From positions 1-42,101 of the forward strand of contig CALXKW010000002.1 of assembly GCA_944389045.1 (NCBI GenBank): a DNA stretch of 42,101 bases. The letters run 5' to 3'. Each line of letters begins with the position of its first letter. The stretch's first letter is position 1. Of this stretch, positions 26,086 to 35,386 are shown one piece after another. The notes beneath the pieces are model-generated. The model was not told the origin of the DNA. It ran no database searches and saw nothing but the letters and a program-made list of their open reading frames with translations. The translations under genes were made by a program, and so were the position numbers. The stretch comes from an uncultured Clostridia bacterium. GTDB taxonomy: Bacteria; Bacillota; Clostridia; Oscillospirales; CAG-272.

Positions 26086-26186
26086 CCTTCTTTCCCCGAT
26101 TCTGGGTATTAAATTTGTGAACGCAGAGAAGGAGAGAGCAGACAAAAACGGGCGGTCCCGGTAAGACATTATCATAAAAATCAGTA

Positions 26187-26220
26187 GGAACGGCGTGGCG
26201 CAAGCCACGCCGTTTCCTGT
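26187..26220 (+). terminator. rho-independent terminator of the surface-protein gene
   Basis: AACGGCGTGGC-gcaa-GCCACGCCGTT followed by TCCTGTTTT. Confidence 0.7.
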
Positions 26221-26942
26221 TTTCCCAGTGTTCCCACAGGGATAAAGCCCACAAGGTCATACCAGATGTGGATATCTGCCGCCGGAAACCGCTGGCCTCG
26301 GGCTTCTTCATATGATAATTCACATTTTGTTTACAAACATATTGAGGCAAGCAGACTAAATAAGTCGTTCAGTCAATATACCCCTCTATATATCCGGGCC
26401 GCTCTAAAAAAGCGAAAAAGGAAACGAAAAATTTTGAAAAAATCTTGCCTGTCAACAGATCCATTTTGCCTTATGGCATAGAGGAAGCATTGTAAGCCCG
26501 ATCAGGACTACACTCTCTTAAAGTTAATTTTGATTCGTGACTAAATCTTGACAAACTCTGTAAAACGGTATATCGCTTCAAATTCACGCTTTCAAAAGCG
26601 TAACACTTGACCCCTGGAAAATAAGCCTGCAAGACTATGTTCAGCCCCTCCTCCTGCCCACTCATGGCGGGGTGTGGCTCCGGAGGATATGCACCATCGC
26701 CTCGCCGAATGGAATAGCACAGCCGAGAGCGTTCTCAAGGCTTTACAGCAAAAAAGCCGGACTTAGCCTTTAAGACTAAATCCAGCTATTTTCATTTTCA
26801 GCCAATCCATCCAAGAGCTGCATTTCAAGGTTTTAATTGTTGGTTTTGTTCGTACTGTCTGGGGCTCCGTAAAACTGCTCTTTTTCTGTTTTTTGTCCGT
26901 ATGATTTCGGGCGGACAATGGGATTTCCCGATGTTCCTGTTT

Positions 26943-27251
26943 TCAGTCGAAGAGGGCGAGAAGATTTTCCTTCGACGTGACACCGATGGTCTTGTTGATG
27001 ATTTTGCCGTCTTTCATGGCGACCAGGGTGGGAATGCTTTCGATCCCGAAGGACATGGCGAGCCGACGTTCGTCGTCCACGTTGATCTTGCCGACCTTGA
27101 TGTCGTCGTTTTCTTCGGCGATTTCTTCCACAATCGGGGCGATCATGCGGCAGGGGCCGCACCAGGAGGCCCAGAAGTCGAGGAGCACCGGCTTCTCGGA
27201 GCGGATAACTTCTTCTTCAAAATTGTCTTCCGTAATGGTGATATATTTCAT
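26943..27251 (-). CDS. trxA: thioredoxin
   Basis: 102 aa with the WCGPC active site in ...[18 protein letters not shown].... Confidence 0.9.
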   Translation of the reverse strand: MKYITITEDNFEEEVIRSEKPVLLDFWASWCGPCRMIAPIVEEIAEENDDIKVGKINVDDERRLAMSFGIESIPTLVAMKDGKIINKTIGVTSKENLLALFD

Positions 27252-27335
27252 GCTTTTCCTCCGTTCCCTTTAGAACTTTATTTTGTCCCGCGGTTGTCGT
27301 TGTTATGCGGCGGGTCTCTTTATAAGGACAAGCTC

Positions 27336-27364
27336 AGTATAGCACGCCGTTTTTTGTTTGTCAA
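27336..27364 (-). promoter_or_regulatory. candidate trxA promoter (TTGACA-17 nt-TATACT on the minus strand)
   Basis: The reverse complement of 27359-27364 is TTGACA. The reverse complement of 27336-27341 is TATACT. The spacer is 17 nt. Confidence 0.5.
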
Positions 27365-27475
27365 CCGATACGGCTCAAATTCGGAAAAAACGCACAGGGA
27401 GAGTTACAGGGAAAGTTTTTGAAAAAAACACACTTGGGTTTACAAATAATTCAAAAAGTATTTTGTACGTCCTTA

Positions 27476-27505
27476 TTGCATACGGGAGGAAAACCATGCT
27501 ATAAT
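27476..27505 (+). promoter_or_regulatory. candidate promoter (TTGCAT-18 nt-TGcTATAAT) of the ABC operon
   Basis: -35 at 27476-27481, extended -10 TG at 27497-27498 and TATAAT at 27500-27505. Confidence 0.5.
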
Positions 27506-27580
27506 GAATCGGTCTTTCTGAAGATCGAGTGAAGACTTTGTGAGGCCGAAATATCGACAGTGGAAAGGAGTGAGCGGAAA

Positions 27581-29929
27581 ATGGCGTTGATCCGGCTACA
27601 GAATATCGGAAAGATTTATGTTTCCGAAGGCAATGTTGCGGTGGGAATCCGGGGAGTGAATCTTTCCTTTCATCGCGGCGAGTTTGTGGCGATTACGGGA
27701 AAATCGGGTTCGGGAAAATCGACTCTTCTGAACGTTATCAGCGGCATGGACACCTATGAGGAGGGGGAGCTGTATGTGAACGGCGAAGCCACCTCGCATT
27801 ATTTACAGAAGGACTGGGAGGAGTACCGGAAGAAATATATCTCCTTTATTTTTCAGGATTACAACATCGTGGAGAGTTTCACGGTTTTAGAGAACGTGGA
27901 GCTGGCCCTTATGCATATCGACGACCGCAGGGAGCGCCGCCGGCGCGCCATGGAATTGATTCGCCGTGTGGGACTCGAAGGGCATATCCGCCACAAGGGA
28001 AGCCAGCTTTCGGGTGGCCAGAAGCAGCGAACCGTTATCGCCCGCGCGTTGGCCAAGGACAGTCCGATACTTTTGGCGGATGAGCCGACGGGAAACCTTG
28101 ACAGTCAGACCTCCAAGGAAATCCTTGCGCTTTTGCGGGAGATTTCGCACGACAAACTGGTCATCATCGTGACGCACAATTTCGATCAGGTGGAGGAATA
28201 CGCGACCCGCCATGTCCGGATCTTTGACGGAGCGGTCGAATCCGACCATATCCTCCAGAACGTGGAGGAAAAAGAAGAGACGGCGCCGGTCGACGTCTAC
28301 GAAAATCTGGCGAACAAGGCGGGCCGGGCTTTGAAAAACGGAACGCTTCTCGGCTGGGTGCGCTTCAAATCCAAGCCCAAGCTTTCCTTTTTCCTTACGG
28401 TCCTTCTCTGTCTTGCCGTTCTGGCCGCCTCATTGGTGACCGCGCTGTCGGGAGAGGCCTACGCGCTTTTTGAAAAGCGGTACATGTTTACGCCGATGGA
28501 GGGCCGGACCGTGATCGCCCGCAAGGACGGGGCGGTCATGACCGGGGAAGAATTAAAAGCGCTTGCCTCCAAGGTCGGGGCGAAGGAGTACTGGCAGAAC
28601 GATTATCTGCTCGACTACACGCTTTCCAAATATTTTCCGGATTACGGGACTTTTCTTGAGTTTGTCTGTGAATACGATTCGGAGCTTGTTCCCGATGTCG
28701 GGCGGCTTCCCGAAAAGGTCAACGAAGTGATGCTTTCGCTTCCCATCGGGATGCAGCCCTATTTCGGGAAAGAGGAGCTGAAGGAGGAGGCGTTTTCCGG
28801 GGCGTTCATCGGCATCGACTATACCGTGGTCGGCGTCCATTATTTTTACGACAATACCAAACCGGCCAAGCTTATTTTTACCGAGGAGGGCTACCGCTTC
28901 GCCAGCTTTGCCGCGATTTACGATTCCATGCGCTATTCCTCGGGGGTCAGCGCGACGCTTCTTGTTTCCGAGAGCTTTTCCGGCGGAGGAAGCGCCTCTC
29001 ACAGCCTTCCTTTTAATATGGATTCAATTCTGGTTTCCTTTGCCATGGAACCGGGGACTTACGGTGTGCTGGGAACCTCCTTTGACGATCCCATGGCGAG
29101 TTTCCGGGAAAATGCCGAGAAGGACGCGGATTACCGTTATACCGTCACCGGAGAGATGACCGGCCGGTATACCGAAAAAGGGTACGAAGGTTATTACGAC
29201 TATCCGATCTATTATGCCGACGTCGAAATCGGTCCGGGACAGGATAAGCTGATCCGGAAGTCGTTTGAGGGATATCGCTATTGTGATGAGCTTCCGAATG
29301 ACGTGCAGCTCTCGCCTTCTTACGATTATGGAAATTCGGTTCTCGTAGTCAGTCCCGATCTCTGGGTCGATTTTATGGAGAACTACAATGCCGTCACTTA
29401 TACGCAGGCCTCGCTCTTTTTTCAGGATGACGAGGAGGCGCACGGGAAGATCGAGCTCCTCCGCGATCTGGGCTATGTGGCGGTGACCTCGGATTCCACG
29501 GTGGAGGCCGACGGTTATGAAATGATCCTGGCTGTTTTGACCAGTCTCTTTGCGGCGGTTTCCTGGCTCTTGGCGATGGTCTTTATCGCGCTGTTTTTGA
29601 ATCTCTGTTCCGGCCGCGCCATGATGGCCTCCTCGGGGGACGTGGCCATTATGCGTTCGATGGGCATTCCGGTGCGGGTGATCCGGATCAGCGTTTATGT
29701 ACAGACGCTCTTCTCGCTGCTTCCCGCGTTTTTTGTTTCGGCAGCGGTCTTTATCCTCATTTATCTTTTCCCCGAGACCAACCGCTTCTTCATGTTCCTG
29801 CACGCGCGTGAATATATTTTCGTGGCGCTTGGTGTGATTCTGATCGCCCTTTTGATGTCGAGGCGTTTTGTCCGCAAGCTGTTCGGAAATAGCGTGAAAA
29901 AAGCTCTGAAAGGGGAGGCCGAGAAATGA
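27581..29929 (+). CDS. fused ABC transporter ATP-binding protein / FtsX-family permease (MacB-like architecture)
   Basis: ATG at 27581, 10 nt after AAAGGAG. Walker A GKSGSGKST, signature LSGGQKQR, Walker B LLADEPTGNLD. Has a large middle domain and C-terminal FtsX-like TM helices. Confidence 0.85.
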   Translation: MALIRLQNIGKIYVSEGNVAVGIRGVNLSFHRGEFVAITGKSGSGKSTLLNVISGMDTYEEGELYVNGEATSHYLQKDWEEYRKKYISFIFQDYNIVESFTVLENVELALMHIDDRRERRRRAMELIRRVGLEGHIRHKGSQLSGGQKQRTVIARALAKDSPILLADEPTGNLDSQTSKEILALLREISHDKLVIIVTHNFDQVEEYATRHVRIFDGAVESDHILQNVEEKEETAPVDVYENLANKAGRALKNGTLLGWVRFKSKPKLSFFLTVLLCLAVLAASLVTALSGEAYALFEKRYMFTPMEGRTVIARKDGAVMTGEELKALASKVGAKEYWQNDYLLDYTLSKYFPDYGTFLEFVCEYDSELVPDVGRLPEKVNEVMLSLPIGMQPYFGKEELKEEAFSGAFIGIDYTVVGVHYFYDNTKPAKLIFTEEGYRFASFAAIYDSMRYSSGVSATLLVSESFSGGGSASHSLPFNMDSILVSFAMEPGTYGVLGTSFDDPMASFRENAEKDADYRYTVTGEMTGRYTEKGYEGYYDYPIYYADVEIGPGQDKLIRKSFEGYRYCDELPNDVQLSPSYDYGNSVLVVSPDLWVDFMENYNAVTYTQASLFFQDDEEAHGKIELLRDLGYVAVTSDSTVEADGYEMILAVLTSLFAAVSWLLAMVFIALFLNLCSGRAMMASSGDVAIMRSMGIPVRVIRISVYVQTLFSLLPAFFVSAAVFILIYLFPETNRFFMFLHAREYIFVALGVILIALLMSRRFVRKLFGNSVKKALKGEAEK

Positions 29930-32814
29930 TTTCGATTCGCAATGCCGAAAAATATTATAATAAGGGCAAGCAGAATGAGCTTCATGTTCTGAACAACATC
30001 TCGCTCGAATTGCCCGACCGCGGTATGATCGCCATTTTCGGGCGGAGCGGCTGCGGAAAAACCACGCTTCTGAACGCCATCGGCGGGTTGGACACCTTAG
30101 CCTCCGGCGAGATTCTGATCGAAGGAAGCAGTCTGAAAAACGATCCCGAGACGGTCCGCAACCGGGATATCGGCTACATTTTTCAGAATTACAATCTGAG
30201 CCGTGACGAGACGGTGTTCGAAAACATTGCCGACGCGCTCCGCCTCTGCGGTATGACCGATCCTGCCGAAATTGAGGAACGGGTGATGGCCGCTCTGCGC
30301 AACGTGGATATGGAGCGCTATCAAAAGCGCACGCCGGATACGCTTTCGGGCGGTCAGCAACAGCGCGTGGCCATCGCCCGTGCTATCGTCAAGAATCCTG
30401 CCATCATTCTGGCGGATGAGCCGACCGGCAATCTCGATGAGACCAATACGGTCATGATTATGGACCTTCTGAAAGCGATCTCCCGCGACCATCTGGTGCT
30501 TTTGGTCACGCATGAGGCGAATCTCGTGGACTATTACTGCGATCGGGTCATCGAGCTTTCCGACGGACGGGTCGAGAGCGTCCGGGACAACGATCACGCA
30601 AAGGGGTACGACGCCCGGGATAAAAACGATATTTATCTCGGCGAGCTCCCCTGTCAGAAGGGAGAGATGCCCGGTCTCAGCGTTTCTTATTACGGCGAGC
30701 CGGCCGGAGAAATCCGGCTGAAGATCGTCAGTACGGGCGGAAAGCTTTATCTGCAAAGCGATACGCCCGGCCTTCGGATTCTGGATGCCGCAAGTGAGGT
30801 CAAGCTCCGCGAGGGCGTCTTTGCGCCAAAAGGGGAAAAGACCGAAAAAAAGGCCGAGGACCGATTGGATATGAGTCATCTCACGCCTTTTGAGGGAAAG
30901 CATTTCGGGCGGCTCTTTAATTTCAAAAAATCGCTCTCTCTTGCCTGGCGGAGCAATTTTTCGCAGAAGCAGAAGCGGTCAAGCCGGCTTCTTCGGGTCT
31001 GCCTTGTGCTGATGGCGGTGGTGCTGGTCTTTATGTCGTCGAGCTTCGCCGTGATTCTGCGCGATTTCCGGGATCTGCGAAAATCCTCCAGCGAGAAAAA
31101 TTTCTGGCTTCCGCTTTCGAGCGATACCGACCTGGATACTCTCTACCATTCGCTCGGGGAGAACGGCATCGCCGCGCTCCGCATGACCAGCGCCTATATG
31201 AAAGACGCAGAAAGGGACTGGCGCTTTTTTCTGGGGAATTTCATGACCGCCAATACGCAGGCGCTCTCGGCCAGCGGCGCGCTTTGGGGCGCCGATCTTG
31301 CGGCCGATCTTACCTGCGTGGCCGGAACCAAGGAACTGTCCGAGAAGACTGATGTGCTTCTCACCACCGCGATGGCCGATGCCATGATCGCTTCCAGTCC
31401 CTATGCGTTTCTTGATGGCTATGATTCGCTGATCGGCCTGATCTCCGCCGAAAACATTCCGAGCATCGGCAGGGTACGGATCGCGGGCATTGTGGAATCG
31501 GAGGAACGCTGCGTCTATGCCGATCCGCTGGTCACCGCCTCCCGGATCCTCTACGAATATGTCGGCGGACTTTCGCTGACCCCCCTTTCCTGGTCTGACG
31601 TATACAGCCGGGAGATTCTTCCGGGCGAGATCGTCTATTACTCCGATTTCGAGGGAAGCGTCAACGCCGACATCACGGTAGGAAAGAAGCTGCTTCTGCT
31701 GGGAAGGGAATATCGGGTCGCGGAAGTGGTTGTCAACGACTATGAGCACTATGTCGAGAACCACTACCAGACCAAGCTCGAAGACCTTGATGCCTATACA
31801 GAACGGGTTTTGGCCTCCGGAGAAGCTGAGGATGCGTATCAGGCTTCCTATATGTGGTTCTGGGATTATTACTACCGTTACTACAGCGAATACTGCGCCT
31901 CCAATATTCGGCAGGAGCTCTATCGCTATATCGAAGCCTACTATCCCTCTCCCACGATCCTCTCCTATCTTCTCAGGGGAGACGATCAGGAAATGTGGAT
32001 CGGCTACTGCTATCGGGAGAAAACAGGACGCTATCCCACGGCTGAGGATATAGAAGGAACGGGCGAGTTCGCCGCTTTCCGGGATGAGCTCCTTGCGGAA
32101 GACCGGTATCACCAGACGCTTTATGAGGAAGAGCTTCGTTATCAGGACGAGTTTTACCGCTATCTCGACAGCATTCAATATTGGACAGACTCCTCCGGGT
32201 TTATTCTGAGCGACGCCGACTACCAGGCGCTCTCCTATACGGTGGGCCCCTGCGACGATGTCTTTGGATATTACGACGCCGATTATTTATACAGCTATCT
32301 GGCGCTTCTGATCTATTCCGAAGATCCGGCCGCGACCGAAAAATTCCTCTCTCCGCTTTACGGCAATCTTGAAACGCCCGACGACATTTTTGAAGAAAAG
32401 CTGGATGAAATGCGCGAGAATGTGATCGGCGGAATCATCAGCATTGTCGTGGTGCTGGCGCTGATGTGCCTTTCGGTGTTCATCCTCATGCGGACTTCGC
32501 TGATGCGCCGTGTGCGGGAGGTGGGAATCTACCGGGCCATCGGCGTATCCAAGAAGAATCTGGTCTTCCGTTTTCTGGTGGAGGCCGCGCTGCTCTCGGT
32601 CATGACGACCCTGATCGGCTATCTTGCGGCGACTGCCGTCGTTATGTGGTTCTCCGGCCTTCCTCTTCTTTCGGCGGTCTTCTATTTCCCGTGGTGGCTG
32701 GCACTGTCGCTCTTCGGCGTTCTCTTTGCGGCCCTTCTTTTGGCCGGTATTCTTCCGCTCTGCCTGCTTCTTTCCAAAACGCCCAGCGCCATTCTGGCCA
32801 AATACGACATCTGA
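29926..32814 (+). CDS. fused ABC transporter ATP-binding protein / FtsX-family permease, paralogous partner
   Basis: The start overlaps the upstream stop (ATGA at 29926-29929), with an AGGGGAGG RBS. Walker A GRSGCGKTT, signature LSGGQQQR, Walker B ILADEPTGNLD. C-terminal FtsX-like helices. Confidence 0.85.
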   Translation: MISIRNAEKYYNKGKQNELHVLNNISLELPDRGMIAIFGRSGCGKTTLLNAIGGLDTLASGEILIEGSSLKNDPETVRNRDIGYIFQNYNLSRDETVFENIADALRLCGMTDPAEIEERVMAALRNVDMERYQKRTPDTLSGGQQQRVAIARAIVKNPAIILADEPTGNLDETNTVMIMDLLKAISRDHLVLLVTHEANLVDYYCDRVIELSDGRVESVRDNDHAKGYDARDKNDIYLGELPCQKGEMPGLSVSYYGEPAGEIRLKIVSTGGKLYLQSDTPGLRILDAASEVKLREGVFAPKGEKTEKKAEDRLDMSHLTPFEGKHFGRLFNFKKSLSLAWRSNFSQKQKRSSRLLRVCLVLMAVVLVFMSSSFAVILRDFRDLRKSSSEKNFWLPLSSDTDLDTLYHSLGENGIAALRMTSAYMKDAERDWRFFLGNFMTANTQALSASGALWGADLAADLTCVAGTKELSEKTDVLLTTAMADAMIASSPYAFLDGYDSLIGLISAENIPSIGRVRIAGIVESEERCVYADPLVTASRILYEYVGGLSLTPLSWSDVYSREILPGEIVYYSDFEGSVNADITVGKKLLLLGREYRVAEVVVNDYEHYVENHYQTKLEDLDAYTERVLASGEAEDAYQASYMWFWDYYYRYYSEYCASNIRQELYRYIEAYYPSPTILSYLLRGDDQEMWIGYCYREKTGRYPTAEDIEGTGEFAAFRDELLAEDRYHQTLYEEELRYQDEFYRYLDSIQYWTDSSGFILSDADYQALSYTVGPCDDVFGYYDADYLYSYLALLIYSEDPAATEKFLSPLYGNLETPDDIFEEKLDEMRENVIGGIISIVVVLALMCLSVFILMRTSLMRRVREVGIYRAIGVSKKNLVFRFLVEAALLSVMTTLIGYLAATAVVMWFSGLPLLSAVFYFPWWLALSLFGVLFAALLLAGILPLCLLLSKTPSAILAKYDI

Positions 32815-32865
32815 TCCGCGAAACAGCGGCTTATGCGGCGGTCCGGCAGGCCGTTGAAGAAGCCG

Positions 32866-32905
32866 AAAAACCCGGCAGCCGAAGTAAATTCGGCTGCCGG
32901 GTTTT
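32866..32905. terminator. bidirectional rho-independent terminator
   Basis: AAAAA-CCCGGCAGCCGAA-gtaaa-TTCGGCTGCCGGG-TTTT. Lies between the ABC operon (+) and the rha operon (-). Confidence 0.8.
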
Positions 32906-33020
32906 CTCTTAATTATCGGCGGATATCGGCCGCTGCCGCCGGCTTGGGGCCGATGCGGGGGCTTTTGGGGGACAAAGTCACTGAGAGACTGCAGCCCCAA
33001 GCAAAGGCTTAAGCCGGTTG

Positions 33021-33161
33021 GATGAAAGCTTCGATCAAGCCTTTTCAAGGGCCTGCTTGCGCGGGTGGAGAGCGCGAAGCTCTCCTCGCCCGTTGCAAAA
33101 AGGGCGAGATCGACGCTTTTGCACGACTTTTTGCAGACCCGACAGAAAAATTTTATGGATA
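33021..33161 (+). pseudogene. 46-codon stub resembling the N-terminus of an ECF/sigma-70 family sigma factor
   Basis: ...GEREALLARCKKGEIDAFARLFADPTEKFYG* matches the '..Ll.r...Gd..AF..L...' opening of region 2. The frame stops there. Confidence 0.3.
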
Positions 33162-33186
33162 AAATTCTCTTTTGCGTGCAGGAAAA

Positions 33187-34002
33187 TTAGAGATTGAGAA
33201 AATCCTTGCGGTAAGCGACGCCGAAGGCCTCGGCCAGCTCCTGCAATTCGCGGTCGCGGATGGTGTTGATCCGCGGCAGATGGGCGGTGAGCATGAAGAC
33301 CTCCGCCGCCTTTTCGATCGTTTCTACAAGACCGAAGGCTTCGTCGGGGGTCTTTCCGGCGGCATAGACGCCGTGCATGCCCCAGATTACGGCGCGGAAT
33401 TCCTTCATCTTTTCGGCCGTGGCCTCGCCGATGCGGTTGGTGCCGCAGAGCATCCAGGGCAGGACGCCCACCCCTTCGGGAAAGACCACGATACACTCGG
33501 TCGACATCTCCCACAGGGTATGGGTAAAGGCGCGTTCTTCAAGCGGATGCACATAGTTCATGGCGAGGGTATGGGTGGGATGGCAGTGCATGACGATTCG
33601 GTTTTCGGGATCGACGGTCAGCCGCGCCATATGGCTCATCAGATGGGCAGGAAGCTCGCTTGTGAAGCGGCCGTTGTCCCGGTATCCCCAGAGCAGCTCG
33701 GCGGTTTTGCAATCGGACGCGATACGGAAAAGGCCGAGATTGGTCTCGGGATCCCGACGGACGTTCCGAAAGTATTTTCCGGTGCCGGTGACAAGAAAAT
33801 AGCGGCCGGCCAGCGTGGGCGCGGAAAATCCGATGGGAATATTGCGGAGAACACGGTCAAGAGAGAGATACTCCGAGACTTCGGCCTCGTCGAGCATCAT
33901 GCTGATATTGCCGCCGTTCCGTTCGTCCCAGCCGAGGCGGTACATCTGGGAGGTGAGTTCGATCATTTCCCCGAGAAAAGGGGCGGTCATAATGTCTTTC
34001 AT
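33187..34002 (-). CDS. rhaD: rhamnulose-1-phosphate aldolase
   Basis: MKDIMTAPFLGEMIELTSQMYRLGWDERNGGNIS...TGTGKYFRNV...ELPAHLMSH...HCHPT aligns along its length with E. coli RhaD as I remember it. Start chosen at the ATG at 34002 (271 aa, GAGGA upstream) rather than the track start at 34059. Confidence 0.85.
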   Translation of the reverse strand: MKDIMTAPFLGEMIELTSQMYRLGWDERNGGNISMMLDEAEVSEYLSLDRVLRNIPIGFSAPTLAGRYFLVTGTGKYFRNVRRDPETNLGLFRIASDCKTAELLWGYRDNGRFTSELPAHLMSHMARLTVDPENRIVMHCHPTHTLAMNYVHPLEERAFTHTLWEMSTECIVVFPEGVGVLPWMLCGTNRIGEATAEKMKEFRAVIWGMHGVYAAGKTPDEAFGLVETIEKAAEVFMLTAHLPRINTIRDRELQELAEAFGVAYRKDFLNL

Positions 34003-34030
34003 TTCTTCTTTGTCCTCAGTCCGGAGCGTT

Positions 34031-35275
34031 TTATCGCTTCGACAGCACTTCCTTTTCATAGACTTTTATTTTTTCAAACCAGGCTTCGCCGGTCGGAACC
34101 GAGCACTCCTCGCAGAAGCGCTCCCAGACGTCGCCGAAGGGAAGGGTCTTAAGCTCTTCGCCCAGCATGAGAAGCTCGGTGCCGCGCCCCTCCTTCTGAA
34201 GGGTTTTCATACGGGCGCTGGGGCGGAGCAGGGCGAAGAGAAGGGCCTTGCGGATGCTTCTGGCGCCGATGACCCAGGCGGCGATGCGGTTGATCGAGCC
34301 GTCGAAGTAGTCGAGCGCGATGAAGGTGCTGTCGAGGCGTCCGCTTTCGACGACCTCTTTGGCGATCTCAAGCGTCTCATCGTCGAGAATGACCACATGG
34401 TCACTGTCCCAGCGAACCGGGCGGGTGACATGGAGGGCTACGCGGTCGTGAAAGAGGTAGAGCGAGGAGAGTTTGTCCGAGACGGTTTCGGTGGGATGGT
34501 AGTGACCGTTGTCGACCAGCGGTGTGATGCCGCGCTCCTTGGCATAGGTGAGAGCAAATTCGGCGCTGACTACGGTATAGGATTCGAGTCCGATGCCGAA
34601 GACCTTGGACTCGAGCGTGGGGAAGACCAGCGTCTTGTCGTAGGGGGTGGATAAAATCTCATCGAGCGATTCCTTCATGCGCGCGCGGGGCGAAAGGCGG
34701 TCGGCGGGGATATCCTTCATGCCGTCGGGCATCCAGAAATTGATCACCGTCGGCCGGTTGGTTTCTTTGGCGAAATACTCGGCGATCTTCAGACAGGCGA
34801 TGCCGTGCTCGATCCAGAAGCGGCGCGTCTGTTCGTCGGGAGAAGAGAGCGTCAGGTTGTCCTTGACGCGGGGGTGGCTGAAGAAGGTGGGATTGAAGTC
34901 GATGCCGAGCCCGTGCTTTTTGGCAAATTCCACCCAGCCGTCAAAATGACGGGGTTCCAGACGGTTGCGGTCGACGAATTCCCCTTTGTCAAAAAGAGCA
35001 TAGGACGCATGGAGGTTCAGCTTGCTTTTTCCCGGAATCAGAGACAGCGCCGTTTCGTAATCGGCCATCAGCTCCTCCGGGGTCCGGGCGCGGCCGGGAT
35101 AGTTTCCCGTGACCTGAATGCCGCCCGAGAGGGGACCGTCGTGGTCGAACCCGGTCACGTCGTCGCCCTGCCAGCAGTGCAGGGCCACTTCCACCTCTTT
35201 CAGCTTTTTGATGGCGGCGTCGCAGTCGACGCCGAAGGTTGCGTAAATTGCTTTTGCGCTTTCGTATCGTGTCAT
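34031..35275 (-). CDS. rhaA: L-rhamnose isomerase
   Basis: 414 aa, RhaA-like in length and sequence (LHCWQGDDVTGF..., HASYA..., DNGHYHPTE). Lies between rhaB and rhaD. Confidence 0.85.
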   Translation of the reverse strand: MTRYESAKAIYATFGVDCDAAIKKLKEVEVALHCWQGDDVTGFDHDGPLSGGIQVTGNYPGRARTPEELMADYETALSLIPGKSKLNLHASYALFDKGEFVDRNRLEPRHFDGWVEFAKKHGLGIDFNPTFFSHPRVKDNLTLSSPDEQTRRFWIEHGIACLKIAEYFAKETNRPTVINFWMPDGMKDIPADRLSPRARMKESLDEILSTPYDKTLVFPTLESKVFGIGLESYTVVSAEFALTYAKERGITPLVDNGHYHPTETVSDKLSSLYLFHDRVALHVTRPVRWDSDHVVILDDETLEIAKEVVESGRLDSTFIALDYFDGSINRIAAWVIGARSIRKALLFALLRPSARMKTLQKEGRGTELLMLGEELKTLPFGDVWERFCEECSVPTGEAWFEKIKVYEKEVLSKR

Positions 35276-35386
35276 AAAGATCCCTTTCTTAATTCAATTC
35301 CGTGTGGGTCGGTCTTTATTCAAAATGGTTTGGTTCGGTTTTTCGGTTCGCCCGTATGTCTTCGGGTTTGGCTTTATAGGGTGGCG

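Noticed and set aside
22309-26208. Very long minus-strand ORFs (336 aa at 22309-23319, 776 aa at 23878-26208 and others) opposite the surface-protein gene.
   Set aside because: They are antisense shadow ORFs in about 60% G+C DNA. Their Arg/Gly/Pro-rich, low-complexity translations have no RBS and no recognisable motifs. The plus-strand frame has clear repeat-domain structure.
26901-27422. 173-aa plus-strand ORF over trxA.
   Set aside because: It is antisense to a textbook thioredoxin (WCGPC), so it is a shadow ORF.
28553-33048. Minus-strand ORFs of 149-399 aa (28553-29002, 29024-29803, 30097-30903, 30979-32178, 32287-33048) opposite the ABC genes.
   Set aside because: These are shadow ORFs antisense to genes with complete Walker A/B, signature and FtsX motifs. 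Their composition is not protein-like.
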